A stretch of DNA of 29,078 nucleotides from a virus (taxonomy: Duplodnaviria > Caudoviricetes): the IMG/VR virus record IMGVR_UViG_3300012971_000068, positions 1 through 29,078 of that record. One strand, given 5' to 3'. The notes beneath the pieces are model-generated. The model was not told where the DNA came from and made no database searches. It was given only the letters and a program-made list of their open reading frames with translations. A program made the position numbers and the translations under genes. Of this stretch, positions 1 to 9,030 are shown piece after piece (within the stretch, counting starts at the first letter, position 1; every line of letters begins with the position of its first letter).

Positions 1-168
1 GTCCACGAGGGCCTCAACCATGTCAAGCAAGCGGAAGGTCACCTCAGCGGCCATGGTAAGGATGGCAAGGAACATGGCCTCCATCTTGGGCATGCGGCGG
101 AACATCTTGGCGAGGTTCTACATCGCCTTGCGGAAGAGACACATCGGACACTACTTGAAAGAGAATAG
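1..168 (+). CDS. 3' end of a His-rich helical protein (5'-truncated by window)
   Basis: Frame 1 is open from base 1 to TAG at 166-168: VHEGLNHVKQAEGHLSGHGKDGKEHGLHLGHAAEHLGEVLHRLAEETHRTLLERE*, 10 His in 55 aa. It is followed directly by the AGGAGG RBS of the next gene. Confidence 0.7.
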   Translation, partial: VHEGLNHVKQAEGHLSGHGKDGKEHGLHLGHAAEHLGEVLHRLAEETHRTLLERE

Positions 169-180
169 GAGGACTTAATC

Positions 181-657
181 ATGGGTAAGGTTCTGCGGAA
201 AATGTCGCGCACCGAGATGTACAAGCTGGCCATCGAGTACCTGGAACTCGAGAAAGGGGCCAAGAAGGGCGACGTCACCTCCAGCGGGAAGTTTGTTGGA
301 GGCTTTGGCGGATGCTCGAAGCACATGCAGGACACGAAGGGAATCCCGAAGGAGAACGCAGACAAGCTCTGCGCCTTTATCGGGCGCCAGGCGGGCAAGA
401 TCAAGTTTGACATGGCGAAGTCGGAGATCCTGTCGAAGCTTGATCAGCTGCACAAGCTCCAGACGGCGGGGCAGGACAATCCTGGCCAGGCCCATCTCAC
501 CCTTCAGATCATGGGCATCCTGAACGGAACGTCCTACTTCCCGACTGACCTGGATGATGCCAAGAACTACACGGGCGCTGTCGAGGATGTCCGTGATGGC
601 TTCGAAGACCCGGACAACAAGCCGCTGAGCAACCTGGCGGCGAGACTGCGCGAGTAA
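181..657 (+). CDS. Hypothetical protein, possibly internal head protein
   Basis: Strong AGGAGG RBS at 167-172. Contains an FGGCSKHM...NADKLCAFI two-Cys motif and many hydrophobic-x-K motifs like those in the head proteins. Confidence 0.75.
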   Translation: MGKVLRKMSRTEMYKLAIEYLELEKGAKKGDVTSSGKFVGGFGGCSKHMQDTKGIPKENADKLCAFIGRQAGKIKFDMAKSEILSKLDQLHKLQTAGQDNPGQAHLTLQIMGILNGTSYFPTDLDDAKNYTGAVEDVRDGFEDPDNKPLSNLAARLRE

Positions 658-688
658 CGGGGGTTCGACCGGGGGGTATGGAGGCGAC

Positions 689-970
689 GTGATTGACATC
701 ACGGCAGTTGAGGATGCGGCAAAAGCCGGGGGGATCACAACCCTTGAAGGGATCCTCATGGGGGCGATTGGTGTCCTGTTTGCGGCTCTTGGCGCAACGG
801 CGAAGTATGCTGCCAAGCTCCATGAGAAGTACGGCGAGAGGATTGATGCCGTCTATGAGAAGCGTGTCAGTGATTTGCGAAGGCTCTCTTCGAAGACTGC
901 GGACCTTGAAGACGTGACGATCAAGAGCACAACGAAGTTCAGAGGGAAGAAGAATGAGCACCAGGACTAG
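689..970 (+). CDS. Small membrane protein (one TM helix plus charged C-terminus)
   Basis: GGAGG at 680-684 before a GTG start. Hydrophobic segment ILMGAIGVLFAALGATA. Confidence 0.7.
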   Translation: MIDITAVEDAAKAGGITTLEGILMGAIGVLFAALGATAKYAAKLHEKYGERIDAVYEKRVSDLRRLSSKTADLEDVTIKSTTKFRGKKNEHQD

Positions 971-1190
971 GAAAGGCAACGCGGTCGATGCCTACTGTGC
1001 CGAACTTGAAGAGCGGATCGACAAGATCACTGCTGAAATCTCTTCAGGGAGTCTCAACCCTCAGGACCTTGAGAAGGCGAAGCTGATTCTGTCGGACATG
1101 ACGAAGGAGCTTGAAGTTGCCGTCCTTCGGGCAGAACAAGAACGGGCGCAGATGACGGCAAGACCGAAACCCTTTTTTGGAATTTTCTAA
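954..1190 (+). CDS. Hypothetical coiled-coil protein
   Basis: Overlaps the previous stop, has a purine-rich RBS-like stretch and heptad-like composition, and fills the operon gap. Confidence 0.65.
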   Translation: MSTRTRKGNAVDAYCAELEERIDKITAEISSGSLNPQDLEKAKLILSDMTKELEVAVLRAEQERAQMTARPKPFFGIF

Positions 1191-1202
1191 CGAGGAGAAG
1201 AC

Positions 1203-1604
1203 ATGGACGACGCTGAGAAGCCTTGGAAGTGGTTTGTCTTTGGGATGGAGATTGGAAGTCCCTCGCCTGATGTTGCGCTCGAATGTCAGTACTCGATTGA
1301 TGACTTTAAGGACGGGCTCCCGAAGATGATCCGTGGACGGAACCTGTGCGGTGTTGGAATCTCTCAAGATGCCGGGAAGCTGGTGATGTCGATTGTCCAA
1401 GACCCTGCGGGGAAGAACGGAGCGATCACGATGTACAGCCCGACTCGCTTTGCACGGGTAATCGAAGTCTGCGACAGCGACATTCTCTCAAAACTCGGGG
1501 CAGCCGTTGGTCGCCAGGAGTTGTTCAGGCCCGGCATGTTTGACACGAAGAAGATCAACGAGGAGAAAAAGAACTTTGAGTCCATGAAGGGAGGGAAGAA
1601 GTGA
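1203..1604 (+). CDS. Hypothetical protein
   Basis: GAGGAG RBS. Stop overlaps the next start (GTGA). Confidence 0.75.
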   Translation: MDDAEKPWKWFVFGMEIGSPSPDVALECQYSIDDFKDGLPKMIRGRNLCGVGISQDAGKLVMSIVQDPAGKNGAITMYSPTRFARVIEVCDSDILSKLGAAVGRQELFRPGMFDTKKINEEKKNFESMKGGKK

Positions 1605-1897
1605 ACAACGTCATTGACTTCACCTTCGAGGACTACAAGCGGACACCGCTCTTCCTCAAGAAGCAGTATGGGGCGGATGTCCCGGAAGGCTGGAAGTGGA
1701 AGTGCCCCTGTGGAAACCAGAATCAGCTGACGCAGGAGCTTGAGCAATGGTGCCCGAAGTGCGGCACTCGTCTCCGCATTCAGACGGAGAAGGACAAAGA
1801 CCCGGAAGCAATGCCGGGAGTCACGAACCTGACGATTGTTCGAGTTGCCCACTTCAAGGTGCGAAATGGGAAAGAAGAAGCAGGACCTGCCGCCTGA
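1601..1897 (+). CDS. Zinc-ribbon protein
   Basis: WKCPCG...WCPKCG motif pair. GGAGG RBS and GTG start overlapping the upstream TGA. Confidence 0.7.
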   Translation: MNNVIDFTFEDYKRTPLFLKKQYGADVPEGWKWKCPCGNQNQLTQELEQWCPKCGTRLRIQTEKDKDPEAMPGVTNLTIVRVAHFKVRNGKEEAGPAA

Positions 1898-3572
1898 CGA
1901 GGGCGAAGACCGGGAACTTGCCGCAGCGCGTCTGATCTATGACGCGGTGACGGGGAAGAAACAGATCACGAAGTCGTCGGAACTGTACAAATTCATGAAC
2001 GCCTTGACGGGTGAAGTCGTCCCGTTCACCCCGGTCTGCTCTCATCACAAGAGCCCTTGGGATATGATCTGGGAGAGCTTCAAAGTTGACCTCCCGGAAT
2101 ATGCCAAGCTGCCTCAGACCGACATCATTGCGATTGGCCCTCGAGAGGGATTCAAAACCCTGTCGACAGCAAAGCTCATCGCAATGGAGGCCCTGCTCAA
2201 GCCGAAAGTCTCGATTGCGTCAATCGCGGCAATCATCAAACAGGCTTCGAGATGTTACAAATACGCAAGCCAGTATCTCTTCCATCCGCTCCTCACGGAC
2301 ATGAACATGGTCGTGAAGAACATCATGGAGGAGACGAGGCTGGCCAACAAGTCTCATTATGAGCAGCTTGTTGCGACGGTCTACAACGTCAACTCTCCGC
2401 ACCCGAACAAACTGAGAGCGGACGAAGTGGAGCTCATGAAGCCTGAAGTTGTTGAAGAGATGAAGAACGTCCCAAGCTCCTATGGGGGCTGGCGGGCGCA
2501 CACGCTGTACACGTCGACAAGAAAATACTATGACGGCCTGATGAGCGAGCTTGTCGCCCGTCAGCAGAAGAACGGCTACAGTTCCAAGCTCATCATCTGG
2601 TGCTACAAGGACGTGTCCGAGCCCTGCCCCGATGAGCGTTCTGGCGTCAATCCTCATACCTATGAGGTTGAGGACATCTTTCATCATGGAGAGAAGATCG
2701 TCGTTAATGCCTATGAGTACTGCGGAGACTGCCCGATCCTTCCGAGTTGTAAGGGTGACCTGAAGCGGGCGAAGGGCATGATCCCAATTGACGATGCGAT
2801 CAAGAAGTGGAACGAGCTTGACCGGGACACCTGGCTTGCGCAGAAAGAGTGCGTTGAGCCCCCGCGCACAAGCCTGTTCTACTATGAGTGGGACGAAAAA
2901 TTCAACGTTGGGGATGTCCCCTTTAACCCGGCCCATCCGGTCGAGATGTTCTGCGACTTTACGGGTGGCGGTGAAGATCCGAGTGTGTTCCAGTTCTGGC
3001 AGAAGTATGACGGGAACGACTACCTGATCATGGAACTGACGTACCGCCGACGTTCAACAGGAGATGTTGGCAGGGATGTTGAACGGATCTGCAAGGAACG
3101 CGGGATCCGCCCCTCGAGGATGATGGGTGACTCCTCTCAGATGCAGCAGATTCGGGATCTTGCAGCAACCTCCAACTTCTTCCGATCCCTGCGGCCTGTC
3201 CGGAAGATTGACCGCAAGGAAGGGCTCTCGATTTGCCGGCGTCGCATCAAGGACAACAACGGAGTCCGCCATACGTTTGTGGACTCGAAGTGTCATAATT
3301 TCAAGCAAGAAGTCCGGGAGCTGAAACGCCGTGCGTCAGATGCCGATGACCACAAGGACGGCAACGACCACTCGATGGACGCTTGGCGGTACTACTGCGT
3401 CGCAAACTACTATACGGTTGGAGAGCCCCGCATCCGTCTACTCCGGGGCGGAGATGACGGCGACTTCGACAACATCGAGGATGCGGTGACGGCACCGAAG
3501 CCTGCAAGAATTATCCGGGATAGCCGTGGAGTTCATGGAGCAATTGACGACTATCTGAGGGAGATGGACTAA
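1866..3572 (+). CDS. terL: Terminase large subunit
   Basis: Walker A-like GPREGFKT, Walker B LRADEVE, coupling motif YTST, and RNase H-like nuclease residues in FCDF...DP and DHSMDAWRY. Lies upstream of the portal. Start taken at ATG 1866 rather than the track's 1836. Confidence 0.93.
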   Translation: MGKKKQDLPPDEGEDRELAAARLIYDAVTGKKQITKSSELYKFMNALTGEVVPFTPVCSHHKSPWDMIWESFKVDLPEYAKLPQTDIIAIGPREGFKTLSTAKLIAMEALLKPKVSIASIAAIIKQASRCYKYASQYLFHPLLTDMNMVVKNIMEETRLANKSHYEQLVATVYNVNSPHPNKLRADEVELMKPEVVEEMKNVPSSYGGWRAHTLYTSTRKYYDGLMSELVARQQKNGYSSKLIIWCYKDVSEPCPDERSGVNPHTYEVEDIFHHGEKIVVNAYEYCGDCPILPSCKGDLKRAKGMIPIDDAIKKWNELDRDTWLAQKECVEPPRTSLFYYEWDEKFNVGDVPFNPAHPVEMFCDFTGGGEDPSVFQFWQKYDGNDYLIMELTYRRRSTGDVGRDVERICKERGIRPSRMMGDSSQMQQIRDLAATSNFFRSLRPVRKIDRKEGLSICRRRIKDNNGVRHTFVDSKCHNFKQEVRELKRRASDADDHKDGNDHSMDAWRYYCVANYYTVGEPRIRLLRGGDDGDFDNIEDAVTAPKPARIIRDSRGVHGAIDDYLREMD

Positions 3573-6073
3573 TGGGCATGCTCGACAAGATCAAGGGCTG
3601 GTTCGTGGAGCCTCCGAAGACAGGCGGCTCAATGATCCCACTCCCTCCGGATGAACCCGCCCCGAACAGTGGCGGGATGATTCAGAGGATCAAGAGAGGG
3701 ATTCAGAAAGCCCTCCAGGCAGACCCGGAAGATTATGAGCGGTACGATTACAACCAGGCAGACACGTATCGCTCCAACCGGGTCAATCCGAGTGCGGAGA
3801 TCCTTGACTTTCTTGCGTTGTACCAAGTCAACCCGCACGTCTATGCTTGCGTGAATGCGATTTCGACGGCGATTGCGTCCGTTGAATTCCAGATTATGAA
3901 GGGCGGTGTCAAGCAGGAAGCGACCCACGATGTCCACAAGATGATGATGAAGCCGAACCCGTACCAGGTCTGGTATGAGTTCCAGGAAATGCAGACCGCC
4001 TTCAGGGAACTCTGCGGCAACTCCTTCGCAGAGAAGGTGCGGGACGACAAGGGGAAGCTCATCGCCTTCTTCCCGCTCAGGCCTGACAAGATCCGAATCA
4101 TTCCGCATCCGAAGGTGAAGGTGGCGGGCTACATCTACTGCCCGCGTCCGGGAATTGAGATCTTGTACGGGAGAGACGAAATTGTCCACTCCAAATACTT
4201 CTCCTCGACAGACGAGTACTGGGGAGTCTCGCCCGCATACGCTGCTCAGAACTCCGTCATCCTCGATATCTACAGCACCGCCTACAACAAGAAGTTCTTC
4301 CAGTCAAGTGCCGTCCCTGAGGGTGTTCTGGAAACCGCTGGGACAATTTCTGACGCAACGTACCAGCGCCTGAGACAGGACTGGGCGAAGCGTCATCGCG
4401 GAGTTGACAACGCCTTTGAGCTGGCGATCCTCGAGGAGGGCCTAACCTACAAGCCGATCAGCTTCAATCATCGCGACATGCAGATGGTTGAACTGAAGAC
4501 GATGGCAGCTGAAGAGATCCTGGCCGCCTACAAGGTCCCGCCCGGGATTGTTGGCTTCCTCCGGGAACGCGGCAACGCCGGGACGCTCCGTGAGCAGAAG
4601 AAGATGTTCTGGATGGACAATATTCTTCCGAAGCTCAAGCGCGAGCAGCAGCTCATCAACGCGGAGATCATTCCGCAGGGCCAGGACCTTGAGCTCAGGT
4701 TCGTGACGGAGAACATTGCGTCTCTGATCGAGGATATCCAGATCTCAACGTCCGTTGCGATGCAGCTTGTGACGCACGGGATCATGACGATCAACGAAGT
4801 CCGGAAGAAGCTGTTCAATCTTGACGAGGCTGACTGGGGCAAAACGCCGTGGATCCCGGTCGGACTTGCTCAGTACGATTCTGGCGTCCATCCGGGCTCT
4901 CCGAATGCCCCGCATATCACGGGCATGCTTGATGAAGAGACGGGCGGGCGCGTGACGGCTCCTGATCCTCAGAACCCTGCGAAGCCTCAGCCGGGAGGTG
5001 GCGCGGGCGGGACGCCGAACCAGGGCCCGACAAGTGGGGCTCAGGCCCGCAATCAGTCGACGCCAATGGGTGGCTCGATGCCGAGTGCGAAGCGTTACCC
5101 TGGGCTTGACTTTGAGAAGCTGACCCGGAAGGATCCGGACTGGACAAATAAGCAGCAGGTTCGGGACTGGCAGAAGTGGAAGATCTGGAAGGGACTTGCG
5201 ACCCCGGACTATAAAGAGCTGCAGACCTTCTTCAAGGACTACTTCGAGAAGCAGATGGCCCGGGTGACGAAGGGCCTTCGCCCGAAGTACATGCTTGCTG
5301 CTGGCAAGAACAAGAAGGTTGAGAAGGGCCGTGCGCAGAAGCTCGCAGAGGAAGCCTGGACCGATCCGTTCAGGCTGGTCAAGGCGACCTACGATGATGA
5401 GATTGAGGAGATGCTTTTTGACATCACGGAGGAGGCGGGGGACCTCAGTGTCAAGATCCTGCCGAAGGCCGGGAAAATCGTCAAGAAGCATGGCAACGCA
5501 ACGCTCGGGACGATTGGCGTTGACGAGGATTTCCTGCTCGACAACGAGCGGGTTGTCGACTTCCTCAAGAAGCATGCGGGTGAGCAGATGGACGGAATCA
5601 CCAAGAAGACCCGTCAACTGATGGGCCGGGAACTCTCGAAGGCCGTCGAGAATGGCGAAGACTTTGATGAGATGATGGACCGTCTCAACAATGTCTTCAA
5701 GGGCGACCTTGCCGAGTGGAGAGCCCGAATGATTGCCCGGACGGAGACAGTGACCCTGACGCAGTTTGCAGCCCTCGAGGCGGCCCGTCAGTCCGGAGTT
5801 GTTGAGAAGAAGCGTTGGGTGTCAGAACTCCTCGACACGACTCGTGATGATCCTCAGGGCGAAGATCATCGCATCATGCACGATCAGACGGTTGCCCTTG
5901 ACGATGTGTTCCATGTTCCGGCCCGCAAGGGAGAAGTGAACCTGATGGATGGCCCTGGCGATCCTGAAGGTTCTCCGGAGAATCTCGTCAACTGCCTCTG
6001 TATCCTTGACTTCCCGGGAACCACGGAGGAACTTGAAGGGGCTGAAGGCGACTTGGAGCCTGAAGAGGAGTAA
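3572..6073 (+). CDS. Portal protein (HK97 type) fused to C-terminal Mu gpF/SPP1 gp7-like head morphogenesis domain
   Basis: Portal motifs VYACVNAISTAIASV, PNPYQ, GNSF, PLRPDKI, GVSP, ILEEGLTYKPI, AYKVPPGIVG, GIMTINEVR. After a Pro/Gly linker come RARMIARTET, KKRW, H..MH.Q and PGDP...NCLC, typical of MuF. Confidence 0.92.
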   Translation: MGMLDKIKGWFVEPPKTGGSMIPLPPDEPAPNSGGMIQRIKRGIQKALQADPEDYERYDYNQADTYRSNRVNPSAEILDFLALYQVNPHVYACVNAISTAIASVEFQIMKGGVKQEATHDVHKMMMKPNPYQVWYEFQEMQTAFRELCGNSFAEKVRDDKGKLIAFFPLRPDKIRIIPHPKVKVAGYIYCPRPGIEILYGRDEIVHSKYFSSTDEYWGVSPAYAAQNSVILDIYSTAYNKKFFQSSAVPEGVLETAGTISDATYQRLRQDWAKRHRGVDNAFELAILEEGLTYKPISFNHRDMQMVELKTMAAEEILAAYKVPPGIVGFLRERGNAGTLREQKKMFWMDNILPKLKREQQLINAEIIPQGQDLELRFVTENIASLIEDIQISTSVAMQLVTHGIMTINEVRKKLFNLDEADWGKTPWIPVGLAQYDSGVHPGSPNAPHITGMLDEETGGRVTAPDPQNPAKPQPGGGAGGTPNQGPTSGAQARNQSTPMGGSMPSAKRYPGLDFEKLTRKDPDWTNKQQVRDWQKWKIWKGLATPDYKELQTFFKDYFEKQMARVTKGLRPKYMLAAGKNKKVEKGRAQKLAEEAWTDPFRLVKATYDDEIEEMLFDITEEAGDLSVKILPKAGKIVKKHGNATLGTIGVDEDFLLDNERVVDFLKKHAGEQMDGITKKTRQLMGRELSKAVENGEDFDEMMDRLNNVFKGDLAEWRARMIARTETVTLTQFAALEAARQSGVVEKKRWVSELLDTTRDDPQGEDHRIMHDQTVALDDVFHVPARKGEVNLMDGPGDPEGSPENLVNCLCILDFPGTTEELEGAEGDLEPEEE

Positions 6074-6138
6074 GACTCAATTCAGTAACCTTCTGTCGCC
6101 TTTCGCCAAGTCTATAAACCGGTGAGCTGGAGGAGACG

Positions 6139-8115
6139 ATGAACGTCAAGAAGGAAACAGAAACGAGAGAGTTTGACACGATGGACGCCATGCCGCCCAT
6201 CTACGATCAGCACTACGTTTCTGATCTCTCGGATGATGGGCTTGAAGCAGCCTACACGCTGCTCCATGCTGAAGCTGAAAAAGGCTTGATCCGTGAGAGC
6301 GATCCACAAGCGGCGCAGCTTCTGAAATCAGAGCTCATCATGCGCCGTGAATTCCAGCTGCGCGATCTGATCATCCCCGAGAGGCAGGGTGACGTCCTCA
6401 ACAAGATGTTCAAGGCCCTCGCGGACGCGGGCGCGTCCGATGATGAGGAAGACCTTGAGAAGAAGGATGTCACCACCAAGTATTCCGGGAAGACCGTCGA
6501 AGACGTCAACGATGAGCACGTCCATACCTTCAAGAATCTTGACGTGAACGGCAACGGCGTCACGGACGAGGGTGGGGATGCGGATCATAAGCATTCCCAC
6601 AACATCGCCAAATTCGTCTGTCTCCCGATCCAGCTTCCGAACGGCTACGTCAGCGACCACCCCGGCAAGGTCGAGATGAAGACGTCGAAGAGCAACTTCA
6701 GCGTCACGAAGCGGTTTGATGACTACTTCGAATGGGAAGCGGAAATCGAACTGGTCAAGGTTGACGTTGAGAAGCGTCTTGTTGGCGGCATCGTCTACGA
6801 ACCCGACATCATCGATGCTCAGGGCGACTCATCCTCCGACACGGAGATTGAGAAGGCTTGCCATAACTACATGATCAAGTCGATGACCGTTGGCAAGATG
6901 CATTCGGAGAAGCTCGGAAAGGATCAAGTCGCTCTTGTCGAGAATTACATCGCCCCGGGCAACTTTTTTATCGGACAAGAGTTTGTCCGGAAGGGGTCCT
7001 GGGTACAGGTCCATAAGATCCTTGATGACGGCCTGTGGACCGATATCAAGGACGGAAAGTATACGGGGCTTTCGATGGCAGGACGCGCAAAGGACATCTC
7101 CCCGAAGGACCCGAACAAGCCGGTGTTCGGGAAAAGAGCGAGTGGCGCGAAGGTGCTGAGTGCTCGGGAGCAGGTCCTGAGCGATGCGTCGGACGCTTCG
7201 AAGCACCTCGACAACTACGCGCAGCACATGGAAGCTGGCAGGACGGATGATGCCGAGAATTCCCTGAAGCAGGCAAGCGGTGTTCTTCAGGACTCGGCAG
7301 ACCGGATGAAGCTCGGCAACGATCACGCAGCAATCCGGTATCTCCAGTCGGCAGACAATCACTTCACGCGCCAGAAGGCGGGGATGAAGCAGAACCGTCC
7401 GATGCATCTCTCGGACGCGCACTACAGTCTTCAGAGTGCGCATGGCGCCATCGTTGATCACGCGATCCGCATGAAGAAGAATCTCAAGACGTTCAACAAG
7501 TTCCATGGCGGGAGGCTCGGGGCCTTGACGTCAATCCTCAAGATGGATCTTGAGAAGATGATCAAGAAGATTGACGGAAAGTTCTACGTCTACACCAAGG
7601 ACGGCTCCCGCAAGCTTGGTGGGCCCTTCGATGACCGGGAGAAAGCCTTCAAGATGCTGGCGGCCATCGAGGCCAACAAGCATCTGACGGCAAAGCATCT
7701 GGCGACAACCGACATCGAGATGGAGAAGGCGAACATCACCGAAGCGCCGATCCCCGAAGGCGTCAACATGATTCACCATAACGTCCTTGCGACGCATGGC
7801 TTCATGGACTCCGGGACGTACACGCTTGACGGCGAATCGGCCCGCAAGTACGTCAGAGGTGATGGCAGCACCGCGACGATCCAGAACAACATGACGACGT
7901 TCACCTGGACGGGCGGAAGCAAGAACTCCAAGAAGTTTGTGAAGGCGGGCCCGTTCCGGACGGGTGCTGCTCTTGACCTTGCGCTGAAGAAGGTCAAGCG
8001 GGCAACTGGTGCGACCGGTGCAAAGGCCCCGACTCCGAAGCCTTCTCAGGGCCCGAAGGGCAAGCCGGGGTTTGCCGGAACGATGATGCGCGGAATGAAA
8101 GGGGGCAAGAAATAA
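6139..8115 (+). CDS. XkdF-like (S78-related) prohead serine protease with multiple accessory modules
   Basis: Core at about 6766-7090: KRLVGGIVYEPD..DAQGD...EIEKACHNYM...KMH...VENYIAP...KGSW...LWTDIKDGKYTGLSMAG. GGAGGAG RBS. Position between portal and capsid fits. Confidence 0.88.
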   Translation: MNVKKETETREFDTMDAMPPIYDQHYVSDLSDDGLEAAYTLLHAEAEKGLIRESDPQAAQLLKSELIMRREFQLRDLIIPERQGDVLNKMFKALADAGASDDEEDLEKKDVTTKYSGKTVEDVNDEHVHTFKNLDVNGNGVTDEGGDADHKHSHNIAKFVCLPIQLPNGYVSDHPGKVEMKTSKSNFSVTKRFDDYFEWEAEIELVKVDVEKRLVGGIVYEPDIIDAQGDSSSDTEIEKACHNYMIKSMTVGKMHSEKLGKDQVALVENYIAPGNFFIGQEFVRKGSWVQVHKILDDGLWTDIKDGKYTGLSMAGRAKDISPKDPNKPVFGKRASGAKVLSAREQVLSDASDASKHLDNYAQHMEAGRTDDAENSLKQASGVLQDSADRMKLGNDHAAIRYLQSADNHFTRQKAGMKQNRPMHLSDAHYSLQSAHGAIVDHAIRMKKNLKTFNKFHGGRLGALTSILKMDLEKMIKKIDGKFYVYTKDGSRKLGGPFDDREKAFKMLAAIEANKHLTAKHLATTDIEMEKANITEAPIPEGVNMIHHNVLATHGFMDSGTYTLDGESARKYVRGDGSTATIQNNMTTFTWTGGSKNSKKFVKAGPFRTGAALDLALKKVKRATGATGAKAPTPKPSQGPKGKPGFAGTMMRGMKGGKK

Positions 8116-8969
8116 TGGCTATCACGAACAAGAAGGAGCTTCAGAAAGCTCGGCTTGCGGACATTGAAGTTGACGAAGTCTCCATTGTCGACAAAGCTGC
8201 GAACAAGAGAAAATGGCTCTTCATGAAACGAGACACTTCAGAAGAAGATAAAGGAGGTGAGAACTTGGAACTTCTGAAAGCGTTCAGCAAGGACGAAGAT
8301 GCCATTGCCGCCCTCGAAGGAATCGAGGAGCACCTGACCAACTTCGACGCTCTCTTCAACAAGAAGCTCGAAGATGAAAGCCTGACCGAAGAGCAGAAGG
8401 CGCTGCTGCTCGAGAAGCGGGCCCAGTACGAAGAGCTGAAGGAAATGCTTGAGGACGGCTTTGAAGAGCTGTTCCTTGGCAAGACTGCCTTCTCTTCGAA
8501 TGGTGGTGCGAACGGCAAGGGCAACGACACCGCCAAGTCCAATGGCAGCACCGGTGATGAGCCCTCTGGCGTTGAGTCGGAGGAAGAGATCAACACCGAA
8601 GAGGCCGATGGGCAGGGAGATTCGGCTGACAAGGCCGGTGATCCCACGTCGAAAGGCAAGGGCGGCAAGGGCGCTGGCAATGGCCTTCCGATGCCTCTCG
8701 CGGGCGTGAAGAAAAAGAAGAAGCCCGCTGATGACGAGGACATGGAGGACGAAGAGGACGACAGCGACGACGAAGAGGCCGAAGGTGAGGCCCCCGCTGG
8801 CAAGAAGAAGCCCACCAAGAAGTCTGAGGAAGACGAAGCGGAAGAAGATGATGAGGAGCTTGATGAGGAAGAGCAGGGCCTCATGAAGCAGATCAGCGCT
8901 GAGCTCGAGCGCGGCACCAAGCTCCGCAAGGAACTCAAAGAGCAGAACGCTCAGCAAGCCGCTGAGTAA
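8115..8969 (+). CDS. Scaffold-like acidic protein with N-terminal protease strand (EVSIVDKAAN)
   Basis: N-terminal RLADIEVDEVSIVDKAANKRKWLFMK, then coiled coil and long D/E-rich low-complexity tracts. TAATG overlap with the protease gene, directly upstream of the capsid gene. Confidence 0.75.
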   Translation: MAITNKKELQKARLADIEVDEVSIVDKAANKRKWLFMKRDTSEEDKGGENLELLKAFSKDEDAIAALEGIEEHLTNFDALFNKKLEDESLTEEQKALLLEKRAQYEELKEMLEDGFEELFLGKTAFSSNGGANGKGNDTAKSNGSTGDEPSGVESEEEINTEEADGQGDSADKAGDPTSKGKGGKGAGNGLPMPLAGVKKKKKPADDEDMEDEEDDSDDEEAEGEAPAGKKKPTKKSEEDEAEEDDEELDEEEQGLMKQISAELERGTKLRKELKEQNAQQAAE

Positions 8970-8998
8970 ACTTGGAATTCAACGCCATCATTGCATTC

Positions 8999-9020
8999 CC
9001 TAGTAGTATGCGCTACTAGG
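8999..9020 (+). promoter_or_regulatory. Perfect 8-bp inverted repeat/hairpin upstream of capsid gene
   Basis: CCTAGTAG-tatgcg-CTACTAGG in the scaffold-capsid intergenic region. Function unknown. Confidence 0.45.
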
Positions 9021-9030
9021 TCTTGGTGAC

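Noticed and set aside
658-680. GGGGGTTCGACC resembling a tRNA T-arm or att core
   Set aside because: The intergenic gap is only about 30 nt, there is no cloverleaf, and no integrase or second copy is in the window.
8097-8117. Possible -1 frameshift fusing protease and scaffold at AAAGGGGGC
   Set aside because: The downstream gene is in the -1 frame, but the in-phase heptamer A GGG GGC is imperfect. The run is explained as an RBS with ordinary TAATG coupling.
8991-9019. Sigma70-like promoter TTGCAT-N17-TACTAG before the capsid gene
   Set aside because: Poor -10 match, and no similar motif in the other intergenic gaps.
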